This document shows, in pieces, positions 24,175-34,850 of a DNA stretch of 64,000 nucleotides. The notes under the pieces are model-generated. The model did no database searches. It had not been told where the DNA came from and saw nothing but the letters and a program-made list of their open reading frames with translations. Source of the stretch: Pseudomonadota bacterium. Its GTDB lineage: Bacteria > Pseudomonadota > Gammaproteobacteria > Steroidobacterales > Woeseiaceae. The number at the start of each line of letters is the position of its first letter. The stretch's first letter is position 1. The translations under genes and the position numbers were made by a program. Location of the stretch: positions 4,387 through 68,386 of the forward strand of contig JAQCAD010000013.1 in the NCBI GenBank assembly GCA_027621915.1, given 5' to 3'.

Positions 24175-24723
24175 TCAGTCTTTCTTGAGCAGCACGTAGA
24201 CGGCACCGGTACCGCCATGCACCTGCCGAGTCGAAACAAAGGCCAGCACCTCGTCCCATCGTCGCAACCAGTTGTTCACTTTCGATTTCAGGATCGGGCC
24301 ACGATCGCCAGAGCCCAGTCCTTTGCCGTGCACAACACGTACGCAGGAAAATCCGCGGAAACCACACTCTCTTATAAATTCCCGCAATGCGTCTTTCGCT
24401 TCGGGAACCGTCATACCGTGCAGGTCGATTTCGCTTTGCACAGCGTAGTTGCCACGCGCGAGCTTGCGCATTATGCGTTTGCCGATTGACGGGCGATTAA
24501 ATCGCAAGCTTTCACCGGCGCTGGTCTCGATCTCGTCGATGTCCGCGTCAAGACTTTCCTGTAAGACGGCCAGTTCATCTTTCCGCCTGAAGAGAGCCTT
24601 TGCCTTCGGTCGTGCTTTGTAGTCCGGTATGCGATTGTCCTGCCCAATCGGGCGCGCGTCCCCCATGAGGCGGCGAAAAAGGCCGCCTTCCTTGTCTGGC
24701 ATTTTGTCGTCCTGTTTCGTCAT
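24175..24723 (-). CDS. Smr domain protein (SmrA/YdaL-like endonuclease)
   Basis: C-terminal Smr domain: IDLHGMTVPEA ... VVHGKGLGS ... GGTGAVYVLL. Start taken at ATG 24723 (MTKQDDK...). Confidence 0.85.
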   Translation of the reverse strand: MTKQDDKMPDKEGGLFRRLMGDARPIGQDNRIPDYKARPKAKALFRRKDELAVLQESLDADIDEIETSAGESLRFNRPSIGKRIMRKLARGNYAVQSEIDLHGMTVPEAKDALREFIRECGFRGFSCVRVVHGKGLGSGDRGPILKSKVNNWLRRWDEVLAFVSTRQVHGGTGAVYVLLKKD

Positions 24724-24806
24724 GCGATTATTAATTGATAGCGCTACTGTGTGGATCCAACATTGAGTATAGTGAGCGCGCCTCTCATATTCGAACAATA
24801 ATCACT

Positions 24807-25550
24807 GTGAAAATCCTGGTAAGTAACGACGACGGCTATCTCGCCAAGGGCATTATCGCTTTGGCCGACGCGCTTTCAGCGATCGCCGAAGTTACCGTCG
24901 TTGCCCCCGACCGGAACCATAGCGGAGCGAGCAACTCGCTCACCCTGCATTCTCCGCTCCGTGTTCACATGGTTGAAAAAGGACGTTACTTCGTCAATGG
25001 CACGCCATCAGATTGCGTGCATCTCGCTTTGTCGGGATTTTTGGATGAGGACCCCGATATCGTGGTCTCCGGCATTAATCACGGCGCTAACCTGGGTGAT
25101 GACGTGATTTATTCCGGCACGGTTGCGGCGGCAATGGAAGGGCGCTTCCTTGGACTCCCGGCTATCGCGGTGTCATTGGTCGGGCGACATGCCAGTCATT
25201 TCGACACGGCGGCCAGGGTTGCGGCAGAGCTCGTTATGAAGCTTAAGAATAAACCCCTTCCAGGCGATATCATGTTGAATGTCAATGTGCCGGACATTGC
25301 CTATGGTGATCTCAACGGCATTGAATCGACCCGGCTCGGATTCAGACATCGCTCAGAACCTCTGGTCAAACAAAAGGACCCGCACGGCAGGTCGATTTAC
25401 TGGATCGGACCCGCCGGTGAGGGACAGGACGCCGGTGCTGGGACCGATTTCGAGGCAATTGAGCGCGGAGCCGTCGCGGTGACGCCAATTAAAGTGGACC
25501 TGACGCGACACGAGGTGCTGCCTGACCTCAGGGACTGGCTGGCCTCGTAA
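24807..25550 (+). CDS. surE: 5'/3'-nucleotidase SurE
   Basis: [10 protein letters not shown] and [25 protein letters not shown] motifs. GTG start at 24807. Confidence 0.95.
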   Translation: MKILVSNDDGYLAKGIIALADALSAIAEVTVVAPDRNHSGASNSLTLHSPLRVHMVEKGRYFVNGTPSDCVHLALSGFLDEDPDIVVSGINHGANLGDDVIYSGTVAAAMEGRFLGLPAIAVSLVGRHASHFDTAARVAAELVMKLKNKPLPGDIMLNVNVPDIAYGDLNGIESTRLGFRHRSEPLVKQKDPHGRSIYWIGPAGEGQDAGAGTDFEAIERGAVAVTPIKVDLTRHEVLPDLRDWLAS

Positions 25551-26212
25551 TGCAGCTGGATAAAGATATTCGTGGCATCGGAATGACGTCGGCACGCACA
25601 CGTGACCGACTGGTCATTCGACTGAAAGAAAACGGCATTCGCTCCACTGCAGTACTGGAGCAGATTCGCAATGTACCGCGACATCTGTTTGTCGACGAGG
25701 CACTGGCGAGTCGCGCATATGAAGACACCGCGCTGCCGATCGGACTGGGGCAGACCATCAGTCAGCCATGGGTGGTGGCGCTGATGACTGAGGCATTGCT
25801 GGATGGTTTCACCGGTGAATCCGTGCTTGAAATTGGCACTGGTTGTGGATATCAAACGGCCGTACTGGCGCCTTTGGTAAAGAAAATTTACACCGTTGAG
25901 AGAATTCGAGAGCTCTATCAGAAGGCAAAAGTCAGACTTCGTGATCTCGACATCTACAATGTGCAGTTTCGTCCCGGCGATGGTTGGGAAGGCTGGTCAA
26001 AATACGCACCGTATGACGGGATACTTGTTGCCGCGGCGGCAGCCGAGATTCCGCAAAAACTTCTGGAGCAACTTGCGCCGGGCGGCCGCCTGATTGTGCC
26101 GGTCGGCCCAGCCGGTCGTCAGGATCTCATCAAGGTCACGCGTCAGGGTGATCACTTTGAGCAGGTGTCGCTTGGCGCGGTCAGTTTCGTGCCTTTGGTA
26201 AAAGGCAAGTAG
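25550..26212 (+). CDS. pcm: Protein-L-isoaspartate O-methyltransferase
   Basis: [15 protein letters not shown] and [16 protein letters not shown] (SAM-binding). Shares 1 nt with the surE stop codon (TAATG). Confidence 0.95.
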   Translation: MQLDKDIRGIGMTSARTRDRLVIRLKENGIRSTAVLEQIRNVPRHLFVDEALASRAYEDTALPIGLGQTISQPWVVALMTEALLDGFTGESVLEIGTGCGYQTAVLAPLVKKIYTVERIRELYQKAKVRLRDLDIYNVQFRPGDGWEGWSKYAPYDGILVAAAAAEIPQKLLEQLAPGGRLIVPVGPAGRQDLIKVTRQGDHFEQVSLGAVSFVPLVKGK

Positions 26213-26369
26213 GTAAGAACCCGGTGGCTAACGCTGATCAGGTGTCAATGCGCGGTGCGGTAAAAGTAAACTGCAAATAAAACAGTATCTTGTTTATACT
26301 ATTTCGACTTGATTCTGACGGTTGTGCTGCTGGCATGTACGACCGTCCCGACCCGGGCAATCCTTAGCA

Positions 26370-26954
26370 ATGCGACTTTTCGGACCACTTTATGACCGGG
26401 TGCTCGGCTGGGCCCGCCATCCGCACGCGGTGCGTTATCTCGGTGGTTTGAGCTTCGCAGAGTCGTCTTTTTTTCCAATTCCGCCGGATGTAATGCTGGC
26501 GCCAATGTGTGTCGCGGACCGGGCGAGCGCATGGCGATACGCGACCATCACAACGATTGCGTCATTGCTGGGAGGCGTCGCAGGCTATGCGGTCGGGTAC
26601 TTCCTGTTTGAGCAAATCGAACCCTGGCTGCACGATATGGGGTATTGGCCCGCCTACCTCAAAGGTAAGGAGTGGTTTGACAACTGGGGCATATGGGCTG
26701 TTTTCGTTGCCGGATTTTCCCCGATTCCCTACAAGATCTTCACTATTTCCGCTGGCGTCGTTGTCCTGAATTTCCCTGGTTTCGTCATTGCGTCGTTGAT
26801 CGGACGCGGTGCTCGCTTTTTCCTGGTGGCTGGTCTGGTGGTGGCGGGCGGTGAGCGCATGGAGGCGTTTTTACCAAAATATGTAGAGCGTATCGGCTGG
26901 ATCACAGTCGCGTTGGTAGTGGTAGTTGGTGCCTACTTCGCCATCGGGCGCTAG
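26370..26954 (+). CDS. YqaA/DedA-type (SNARE-associated) inner membrane protein
   Basis: LSFAESSFFPIPPDVMLAPM motif plus several TM segments. Start at ATG 26370 (MRLFGPLYDR...). Confidence 0.72.
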   Translation: MRLFGPLYDRVLGWARHPHAVRYLGGLSFAESSFFPIPPDVMLAPMCVADRASAWRYATITTIASLLGGVAGYAVGYFLFEQIEPWLHDMGYWPAYLKGKEWFDNWGIWAVFVAGFSPIPYKIFTISAGVVVLNFPGFVIASLIGRGARFFLVAGLVVAGGERMEAFLPKYVERIGWITVALVVVVGAYFAIGR

Positions 26955-27676
26955 TGCCGCGCATGCATCGTGAACTTTCAAATCAGCAAAAATTTTCCCG
27001 GCGCGCAGTCGTTCTGATTTTCGTGCTGGCATTCGTTGCCGCCTGTGCTCCGTACGGCCGCTGGGACTACACTCCGGACCAGACACATGTCGTAAGATCC
27101 GGCGAAACCCTGTTCACAATCGCTTTTCGCTACGGTCACGATTATCGCGAACTCGCACGATGGAACAAACTGGGCGATGGGTCACTCATTTATCCAGGTC
27201 AGGTCATCAGGCTGACGCCGCCACCGGGCGCGACAGTTGCCAAAACGCCGGCACGATCCGCGCCGGCGCCCCGAAGAACGATTCCTGCCCCGCCTTCCGA
27301 TCCGCCGCCGGCCTGGGAATGGCCGACAAACGGCCGCATTACGGCGGAATTTGACGACAATCGGAGCTCCGGTACCGGCGTCGTTATTGACGGAAAAGCC
27401 GGTCAGGCGGTCAAGGCAGCAGCGGCCGGACGCGTCGTTTACTCCGGCGGTGGACTAATAGGATACGGTCAGCTTATTATCGTCAAGCACAACGAAACCT
27501 ACCTGAGTGCTTACGGGCACAACGCGTCGTTGCTGGTGATAGAAGGCGACAACATCAAAAAAGGCCAGCGCATAGCGACCATGGGTGAGGGGCCGGGCCA
27601 GAAGCCGCGATTGCATTTTGAGATCAGGCGCAACGGCAAGCCAGTTGACCCGCGACAGTATTTGCCTGCGAGATAA
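26954..27676 (+). CDS. nlpD: Murein hydrolase activator NlpD (LysM + degenerate M23 lipoprotein)
   Basis: Lipobox FVAAC. LysM (HVVRSGETLFTIAFRYG...YPGQVIRL). Pro-rich linker. LytM domain ending PRLHFEIRRNGKPVDP. Lies immediately upstream of rpoS. Confidence 0.88.
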   Translation: MPRMHRELSNQQKFSRRAVVLIFVLAFVAACAPYGRWDYTPDQTHVVRSGETLFTIAFRYGHDYRELARWNKLGDGSLIYPGQVIRLTPPPGATVAKTPARSAPAPRRTIPAPPSDPPPAWEWPTNGRITAEFDDNRSSGTGVVIDGKAGQAVKAAAAGRVVYSGGGLIGYGQLIIVKHNETYLSAYGHNASLLVIEGDNIKKGQRIATMGEGPGQKPRLHFEIRRNGKPVDPRQYLPAR

Positions 27677-27711
27677 TTCGGCTTGAACGCCTGAACATGC
27701 AGTGAACTGCA

Positions 27712-28701
27712 GTGCCCGGATTCAACGAGGGGTTCACCGTGGGCGAGGCGCTGGTCTCAAATGATCCGCCAAAACGTCGATCCAGATTCGGCGTCGAAAA
27801 TCCATTGCGGCCCACCATCCTGTGTTCCAGTGTCCGGCCGAAGGCGGCGTCTGGTTCTTCCGCGGCATCTCACGATGCAACTTCACTTTATCTGGGTGAT
27901 ATCGGCGCGTCGAAACTGCTAACGGCTGAAGAAGAAAAAGAGCTTGCGAGACGCATTCGCGACGGCGACGAATCGGCCTGGCATCGAATGATCGAAAGCA
28001 ACCTCAGGCTGGTCGTGAAAATTGCGCGTCGCTATATAAACCGGGGATTGCCACTGCTCGACCTGATCGAGGAAGGCAACCTGGGCCTGATGCACGCGGT
28101 CAGGAAATTCGATCCGGACCGCGGCTTTCGCTTTTCGACCTACGCGACCTGGTGGATTCGGCAGACGATCGAGCGTGCCATCATGAATCAGGCACGCACC
28201 GTGCGCCTGCCAATTCACATTATTAAGGAAGTAAACGCGATTCTTCGGGCGTCAAGGCGCTTGAGGGAGACGCAGGAGACCCAGCCTACACCGGCCGAAA
28301 TAGCGAGCGAATTGAACTGTGATGTAGCAGATGTCGAACGGCTTCTGGCATTGCATGAAAGAGTAACGATTGGTTCTTCCGGGCCGGCTTCGTCCGATGA
28401 TGAGCGTGGATTGCTGGATTCACTCCCCGCGGCCGCCCACGAAGAGCCAGCCCAATGCGCGCAAACTGAGGGGGTCTGCAAAATTCTGGACCACTGGGTA
28501 TGGGAACTCGGCGACAAGCAGCGCGCGGTAGTGGAACGACGATTCGGCCTTCACGGATACCGGCGATTGACGCTTGAAGAGATTGGTCAGGAAATTGGTG
28601 TAACACGCGAACGCGTCAGGCAAATTCAGATCGAAGCGTTAAGGCGACTAAAAGAGATGCTGGAAAGCCATGGCGTCGATTCGAGGTCGGTACTGGACTA
28701 G
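27712..28701 (+). CDS. rpoS: RNA polymerase sigma factor RpoS (sigma-38)
   Basis: [51 protein letters not shown] and region 4 [19 protein letters not shown]. Position after nlpD. The start (GTG 27712) is uncertain. Confidence 0.9.
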   Translation: MPGFNEGFTVGEALVSNDPPKRRSRFGVENPLRPTILCSSVRPKAASGSSAASHDATSLYLGDIGASKLLTAEEEKELARRIRDGDESAWHRMIESNLRLVVKIARRYINRGLPLLDLIEEGNLGLMHAVRKFDPDRGFRFSTYATWWIRQTIERAIMNQARTVRLPIHIIKEVNAILRASRRLRETQETQPTPAEIASELNCDVADVERLLALHERVTIGSSGPASSDDERGLLDSLPAAAHEEPAQCAQTEGVCKILDHWVWELGDKQRAVVERRFGLHGYRRLTLEEIGQEIGVTRERVRQIQIEALRRLKEMLESHGVDSRSVLD

Positions 28702-28861
28702 GAAGCCGTCGGCACTGCCCGATTGACGAAACGCGACACAACTCCCCGCCCTCACGCGCCCGCATGTCAGTACGTGCCGCGAAACTCCGCGTGGGTTTGG
28801 GCTTCAGGTAACCGGGTGAGGATGGTGCTCACCAGTACTCGAATTCTGCCAGACATCTCAA

Positions 28862-29230
28862 TCACTCAATAATCAGTACAGCCGCTACATCCCGGTCTTC
28901 GCCGACCAGAACGTTAAACGTCCTGCAGGCGGCAGGTGTATCCATCATTTCGAAACCGATGCCGCGCCTTGCGAGCGCGAAGACCAGTTCGCGCGGTGGC
29001 AAACAGGTTTTCCAACCGGTGCCATAAATAATCATTTCCGGATTTTTCTTCAGCAGATCTTCCAGATCGTGCACGCCTGGCTTATCGGTGTCGGCGGCCT
29101 GCCATCCACGTTGAATTGTGTCGCGAAAGAGGACGACATTCCTGGTCAGCTCTTCGTTACCAATCCTGATCTTGCCCTTTTCGACATGACGCACTGTGAC
29201 CATCGAACCGGGATCGCGTACAAACTTCAT
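28862..29230 (-). CDS. Mth938-like domain protein (DUF498; NDUFAF3/AAMDC-type fold)
   Basis: PEMIIYGTGW ... GIGFEMMDTPAACRTFNVLVGEDRDVAAVLII matches the Mth938 domain pattern. Start at ATG 29230 (MKFV...), 9 nt after GGAAGG. Confidence 0.78.
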   Translation of the reverse strand: MKFVRDPGSMVTVRHVEKGKIRIGNEELTRNVVLFRDTIQRGWQAADTDKPGVHDLEDLLKKNPEMIIYGTGWKTCLPPRELVFALARRGIGFEMMDTPAACRTFNVLVGEDRDVAAVLIIE

Positions 29231-29355
29231 GAAATACATCCTTCCGCTGAGGGTCACAGTTTACTGGCTTGCGCAATTTCTTTGCCAAAGAATTTTCTGA
29301 AGTCAGTACACTATCCGTCCCCCAGTTCCGGGCACCAACAGGAGATCGCCTGGCT

Positions 29356-30321
29356 ATGGCAAGAAACGGCGCCAGCGCAATAATTGTTTTACCACCTGGC
29401 GCTCAGGGTCGAATTGGCGATGAAGCGCACAAGCGTTGGCTTTCCCGGGGCAGGATAAGTTTCGCAGAGCCCGATTCGGAAATGCTCGTCACGGTACTCA
29501 AGCTGATCGGTGCTCCTGTACCGAACGGTGGGTTGGCCGCGCTTCGATACTGGGGACGATCCGGCGAAAGATCGACAACATGGATGGCAGCCGCTGATCC
29601 CGTGCACCTGGAGACGAGACTCCACACGTTACGTCTGCGATCGCTTCGTCCCGACGAGGTGACAGAGCATGAGCTTCAGACTTTGTTCGACCATTTGCAG
29701 GCGACCGTCGGCAACGATAGCAATTTTTCTTTTGTGACAATTGGTCAGTGCGGGTATTTACGTACCGCATGCCCGATCGACACTGTGCCTGTGTCGGCCC
29801 AGGTCCTTCACGGCCTGCCACCGGACGAATTCGTTCCATCCGGAGAGACGGTTGCAAAGTACCACCAACTGCTTGGTGAATTGCAGATGGCATTGCATGA
29901 GCATGACGTTAACCAACGACGTGCGCGTTCAGGGCAGCCCGAGATCAATTCGCTCTGGCTCTGGGGCGGCGGGATCGTAGCTGAACCGGTGGCGCATCCG
30001 CTGCCAACATTGTTTGCCAACGATCCATTGTTCAGGGGCTACTGGAACCAGTCTTTCGCTGAGGTGAAGGATTGGGATGGAGACATCGAGCGCGTCGTCG
30101 AGAAGTCCGACTCAGGTTTTGTCGCTGTATTGCCCGAACCGGGGCCTGAAATTGCCGCTCGGACATTGACCGACTGCCTGGATCAGCTGAAGCGTCTCGC
30201 CGGCCGACCACTTGTTTTGTTGTTCCGCGACGGGCTTGCAGTTGAGATCAATCGATGGGATGCACTGCGTCCGTGGCGTAGCGTTGCACCGATTCTCAAC
30301 AGGAGCGGGGGCAATGACTGA
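29356..30321 (+). CDS. Conserved hypothetical protein, tentatively the RpfE-type family often annotated as phosphoglycerate mutase
   Basis: AADPVHLE and NSLWLWGGG motifs as I recall them for that family. Sits immediately upstream of and overlapping recJ, as rpfE does in Xanthomonas. AGGAG lies 11 nt before ATG 29356. Confidence 0.55.
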   Translation: MARNGASAIIVLPPGAQGRIGDEAHKRWLSRGRISFAEPDSEMLVTVLKLIGAPVPNGGLAALRYWGRSGERSTTWMAAADPVHLETRLHTLRLRSLRPDEVTEHELQTLFDHLQATVGNDSNFSFVTIGQCGYLRTACPIDTVPVSAQVLHGLPPDEFVPSGETVAKYHQLLGELQMALHEHDVNQRRARSGQPEINSLWLWGGGIVAEPVAHPLPTLFANDPLFRGYWNQSFAEVKDWDGDIERVVEKSDSGFVAVLPEPGPEIAARTLTDCLDQLKRLAGRPLVLLFRDGLAVEINRWDALRPWRSVAPILNRSGGND

Positions 30322-32026
30322 GCTTCGAATTCGCCCGACGAGGGTTCGATCAATGCGCGACAATTTGGGCGGCGATAACTGGAGCGGAGTAGATCCCGTA
30401 TTGGCACGTCTATATGCGTCACGCGGGCTTACGGGGAGCTCTGAACTCGACTATTCATTGCAGGGTCTGGCACCGGTTGGCTCTCTGAATGGTCTTGCTG
30501 AGGCCGTCGACTTGCTGATCGCGCACAAAGACAAGCACATAACGGTCATAGGGGATTTCGATGCAGACGGGGCGACCAGTACTGCGCTGGTCATACGTTG
30601 CCTGCGAGAGTTCGGGATCAATAACGTCGATTACCTGGTACCGAACCGATTTAAATTCGGTTACGGATTAACGCCGGAAATCGTAACAGTAGCAGCGGAG
30701 CGTTCGCCAGATCTGTTGATGACGGTCGACAATGGTGTGTCCAGTATTGATGGAGTGAAGGAAGCACACCGACTTGGTATTAAAGTGCTGATCACTGACC
30801 ACCATTTGCCGGGCAAGGAATTGCCAGCAGCAGATGCGATGGTGAATCCCAATTTGAAAGGCAACAGTTTTGTGAGTCCTAACCTTGCTGGCGTTGGCGT
30901 TGCCTTTTACCTGATGGCTGCTGTTGGCCGTGAACTGGAAGAACAAGGCAGGGTGGGCGCTGCGAGAATACCGGCAAAGTATCTGGATCTCGTTGCACTC
31001 GGCACCGTCGCAGATGTGGTTCGCCTCGACAGGAACAATCGCATCCTCGTGCAACAAGGCATGGGACGTATTCGAGCAGGTCGTGCCGTGGCGGGTATTC
31101 AGGCGTTGTTCAATCAGGCCGGACGGACTGTAACCAGGGCGGTTAGCACTGACCTGGGATTCGTTGTCGGCCCGCGCCTGAACGCCGCTGGCCGATTGGA
31201 AGATATGTCCGTTGGTATCGAGTGTTTGTTAACTGACGATGCCGACGTCGCTGCGCGATTTGCCACCATTCTCGATGAAATAAACCGACAACGAAAAGAC
31301 ATTGAATCGAAAATGCGTCATGAAGCATTCGCATATGTCGATGCGATGGACGCGAGTAATCTGCCTGATTGCGTTTGCCTTTACGATACCGAGTGGCATC
31401 AGGGCGTTGTCGGTCTCATCGCATCGCGAGTTCGTGAGCGTTGTGATCGGCCGGTGATTGCATTTGCGCGTGATCGTGACGGCGCGTTGAAGGGTTCGGC
31501 GAGGTCAATTGCCGGTGTTCATATCCGCGATCTGCTCGAAGCCGTATCCAGCGCGGAGCCGGGTCTGATTATTCGTTTTGGCGGGCACGCGATGGCCGCG
31601 GGTCTGAATCTTGCGGAGGCCAATTTTGCAGCATTTGCGAAGCTTGCGTCTCGAAAACTGGTGGAACTGTATCCCGACGCCGATTTCAGTGGCGTCATCC
31701 TGACCGACGGCCAACTGCCTGCGAACGCGATGAACCTGAAGTTTGCGCGGGCGATTCGCGAGGGAGGGCCCTGGGGAGCCGGATTTCCGGAACCGATGTT
31801 TTCGGGGGAATTTGTAATCGATGAGCAACGTACGGTCGGTGAAAATCACCTGAAGCTGAAGGTGCGTCCCGCATCCGGCGGAGACGCGGTCGATGCAATC
31901 GCATTCGGACAGGCGGGGCCGGTGTATCGGGGAGTGGTACAAATGACCTATCGGCTGGACGTGAATGAGTTCCGGGGATTCGAAACGCCACAACTCATCG
32001 TCGAGCAAATCGTCAACATCACCTGA
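30314..32026 (+). CDS. recJ: Single-stranded-DNA-specific exonuclease RecJ
   Basis: DHH motifs VIGDFDADGATS, DNG, LITDHHLPG. DHHA1 GGHAMAAG. Start at ATG 30314 (MTELRIRP...). Confidence 0.95.
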   Translation: MTELRIRPTRVRSMRDNLGGDNWSGVDPVLARLYASRGLTGSSELDYSLQGLAPVGSLNGLAEAVDLLIAHKDKHITVIGDFDADGATSTALVIRCLREFGINNVDYLVPNRFKFGYGLTPEIVTVAAERSPDLLMTVDNGVSSIDGVKEAHRLGIKVLITDHHLPGKELPAADAMVNPNLKGNSFVSPNLAGVGVAFYLMAAVGRELEEQGRVGAARIPAKYLDLVALGTVADVVRLDRNNRILVQQGMGRIRAGRAVAGIQALFNQAGRTVTRAVSTDLGFVVGPRLNAAGRLEDMSVGIECLLTDDADVAARFATILDEINRQRKDIESKMRHEAFAYVDAMDASNLPDCVCLYDTEWHQGVVGLIASRVRERCDRPVIAFARDRDGALKGSARSIAGVHIRDLLEAVSSAEPGLIIRFGGHAMAAGLNLAEANFAAFAKLASRKLVELYPDADFSGVILTDGQLPANAMNLKFARAIREGGPWGAGFPEPMFSGEFVIDEQRTVGENHLKLKVRPASGGDAVDAIAFGQAGPVYRGVVQMTYRLDVNEFRGFETPQLIVEQIVNIT

Positions 32027-32075
32027 TTGCCGTGCTAACATCGCGCGTCGTTTTTACAGAGCCACCAGCCACATC

Positions 32076-33171
32076 ATGGAAGCTAGTCAAATCAGGCAAC
32101 GTATTGCAGATCTCGCGGAACGCACGAGTGCGTTAAGGGGGTATCTTTGACTACGAGAGCAAGGCAGAGCGTCTGACGGAGGTTCGCCTGGAACTCGAGC
32201 AGTCGGATGTCTGGAATAACCCGGCGCGGGCCCAGGCGCTGGGTCAGGAGCGGGCGAAGCTGGAAGCGATCGTGCTGATGCTGCAAAAGCTCACGGTCAG
32301 TGTCTCCGATGCAGAAGAGTTGATGGAGCTTGCCATTCAAGAGCAGGACGAGGACACGGCAAACGAGCTGATCCGTGACCTCGACACCTGCGAAAAGGAA
32401 ATAGACGGCCTCGAATTTCAACGTATGTTTTCAGGTGAGCTTGACGCCAATAACGCGTTCCTGGATGTCCAGTCGGGTGCCGGTGGCACAGAAGCCCAGG
32501 ATTGGGCGGAGATGTTGCTGCGAATGTATCTGCGTTGGGCGGAAGCGCACGATTTCACGACCGAAATCATTGAAGCATCTGCTGGCGAAGTAGCTGGCCT
32601 GAAAAGCGCAACCGTTAAAGTGACCGGAGAATATGCCTACGGCTGGCTTCGAACAGAGACAGGCGTCCATCGACTCGTGCGCAAATCGCCGTTTGATTCT
32701 GGAAGTCGACGGCACACGTCATTCGCTTCAATATTCGTATCACCGGAAGTGGATGATGATATCGAAATTGAAATCGATCCGTCGGACCTCCGGATCGACG
32801 TGTACAGAGCCAGTGGTGCCGGTGGCCAGCATGTCAACCGAACGGAGTCGGCGGTTCGAATTACGCATCTGCCGACCAACACTGTCGTGCAGTGCCAGAA
32901 CGACCGGTCACAACATAAAAACAAGGCGACAGCCATGAAGCAGCTCAAGGCGAGACTCTACGAGCTTGAGATGCAAACCCGGCGTGCGAAAGCGTCGATT
33001 GTAGAAGATGGCAAATCGGACGTGGGGTGGGGCAGCCAGATCCGGTCCTACGTGCTGGATCAAAGCCGCATCAAAGATTTGCGTACTGGTGTCGAAACCG
33101 GTAACACTCAAGCGGTACTAGATGGCGGGCTCGATGGTTTCATTGAAGCGAGCCTAAAGCAGGGAATATAA
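32076..33171 (+). CDS. prfB: Peptide chain release factor 2, expressed via programmed +1 frameshift
   Basis: Frame 0: [24 protein letters not shown] then TGA (32148-32150). The +1 frame continues DYESKAERL... and joins the 299-aa ORF with SPF (RKSPFDSG) and GGQ (SGAGGQHVN) motifs. Confidence 0.95.
32136..32151 (+). other. prfB programmed +1 ribosomal frameshift site (internal SD AGGGGG, TAT CTT TGA C)
   Basis: AGGGGGTATCTTTGAC is identical to the E. coli prfB shift cassette as I recall it. Confidence 0.92.
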
Positions 33172-34674
33172 GTGAGCGACGATAACAAACAGGATGAGAA
33201 CACACTAATTGCCGAACGGCGGCGAAAGCTTGCTGCTTTGCGCGAGCACGGAAACGCATTTCCGAACGATTTCAGGCGCAATTCTCTGGCCGATGAACTT
33301 CAGCAGAGTTACGGAAAACACGAGGACGAGCATCTTCGCGAGGAGGATGTCCAGGTCAAAGTTTCCGGACGAATGATGGTCAAGCGCGTTATGGGCAAGG
33401 CGAGCTTCATCAAATTACAGGACCGCACGGGGCAGATTCAGCTGCGGCTCGAACGTGACCGACTGCCTGAAGGTGTCTATCAGTCGTTCAAAAAGTGGGA
33501 CATCGGTGACATCGTTGGCGCTACAGGCAGTCTTTTCAAAACCCAGACAGGCGAACTGACCATCATGGCCACCGAAGTCAGGCTGCTCACGAAGTCGCTG
33601 CGCCCGCTCCCGGAAAAATTTCATGGCCTGCAGGATCAGGAAACCCGATATCGGCGACGTTATGTCGACTTGATTATGAATGAGGAAAGTCGATCGGTGT
33701 TTCGTAAGCGTTCCGAAATAATCGCCTATATTCGATCATTCCTGGATTCGCAGGATTATCTCGAAGTTGAAACGCCAATGATGCAAACGACTCCGGGAGG
33801 CGCGCTCGCGAGACCGTTCAAGACTCATCATAACGCGCTGGACATGGATCTCTTCTTGCGTGTTGCACCTGAATTGAACCTGAAACGACTTACCGTGGGT
33901 GGGTTCGAACGTGTTTATGAGATAAATCGAAACTTTCGCAACGAAGGCGTTTCAACGAGGCACAACCCCGAATTCACGATGCTTGAACTCTACCGGGCTT
34001 ATGCGGACTACGAGGATCTGATCGTTATGGTCGAGGCTTTGCTGAAGGGACTGTCACAGTCATTGCTGGGCGACCCGGTGGTTACCTACCAGGGAGAAAG
34101 CTATGACTTCTCAAAGCCGTTCGATCGATTGACTGTCGAAGATGCGATCTTGAAGTTCAATCCAAAGATTGACAGGACAAAAATCCGGGATCGGGATTAC
34201 CTGGCCAGAGTCGCCACAGAGTTGGGAGTTAAAGTCGACGACAGTTCCGGCAGTGGAAAATTGCAGATTGAGATTTTTGATCAAACCGGTGAAGCAGAAC
34301 TGCGTCAGCCGACATTCGTCACACAGTATCCAACGGAAGTTTCGCCGCTATCGCGTAGAAACGACCATGACCCGTTCGTTACCGATCGCTTCGAGTTGTT
34401 TATTGGTGGGCGAGAAATTGCAAACGGTTTCTCCGAGTTGAATGATCCTGAAGATCAGGAAGAACGTTTTCGCGAGCAGGCGGCCAATAAAGCGGCGGGC
34501 GACGACGAGGCGATGTTCTTCGATGCCGATTACATTCGCGCGCTGGAATACGGTCTGCCGCCAACGGCGGGTCTCGGAGTTGGTATCGACCGGCTCGTGA
34601 TGTTGATAACCAATTCCCCGTCAATCCGTGACGTCCTGCTGTTTCCACATATGCGCCCAGAGATCTTCGAATAG
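33172..34674 (+). CDS. lysS: Lysine--tRNA ligase (class II)
   Basis: [20 protein letters not shown] and [18 protein letters not shown] start directly after the prfB stop. Confidence 0.96.
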   Translation: MSDDNKQDENTLIAERRRKLAALREHGNAFPNDFRRNSLADELQQSYGKHEDEHLREEDVQVKVSGRMMVKRVMGKASFIKLQDRTGQIQLRLERDRLPEGVYQSFKKWDIGDIVGATGSLFKTQTGELTIMATEVRLLTKSLRPLPEKFHGLQDQETRYRRRYVDLIMNEESRSVFRKRSEIIAYIRSFLDSQDYLEVETPMMQTTPGGALARPFKTHHNALDMDLFLRVAPELNLKRLTVGGFERVYEINRNFRNEGVSTRHNPEFTMLELYRAYADYEDLIVMVEALLKGLSQSLLGDPVVTYQGESYDFSKPFDRLTVEDAILKFNPKIDRTKIRDRDYLARVATELGVKVDDSSGSGKLQIEIFDQTGEAELRQPTFVTQYPTEVSPLSRRNDHDPFVTDRFELFIGGREIANGFSELNDPEDQEERFREQAANKAAGDDEAMFFDADYIRALEYGLPPTAGLGVGIDRLVMLITNSPSIRDVLLFPHMRPEIFE

Positions 34675-34850
34675 AGAATCCACCCGCCCATGGCCTTTGC
34701 CGCACCGACGATGCACGCCATCGAATGTTTGGCTCTCACCGATCCCGGCTCTCGCATTTGCGGCCCGTGTAATGCGGCACGAGGATTAACCTCGCGGCAG
34801 GCATGCAAGATTGTTTCGTGGCTGCGCTTATCGCAAAGGCGTCTTTATTA

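Noticed and set aside
28815-28833. A hairpin GGTGAG-N7-CTCACC downstream of rpoS, considered as a terminator.
   Set aside because: The stem is only 6 bp, there is no following T-run, and it lies 114 nt past the stop. This is not enough for a terminator call.
34675-34850. The 176-bp convergent lysS/ygfZ spacer, inspected for a bidirectional terminator or small RNA.
   Set aside because: Only short (5 bp or less) imperfect stems are present, with no U-tracts. Nothing could be supported.
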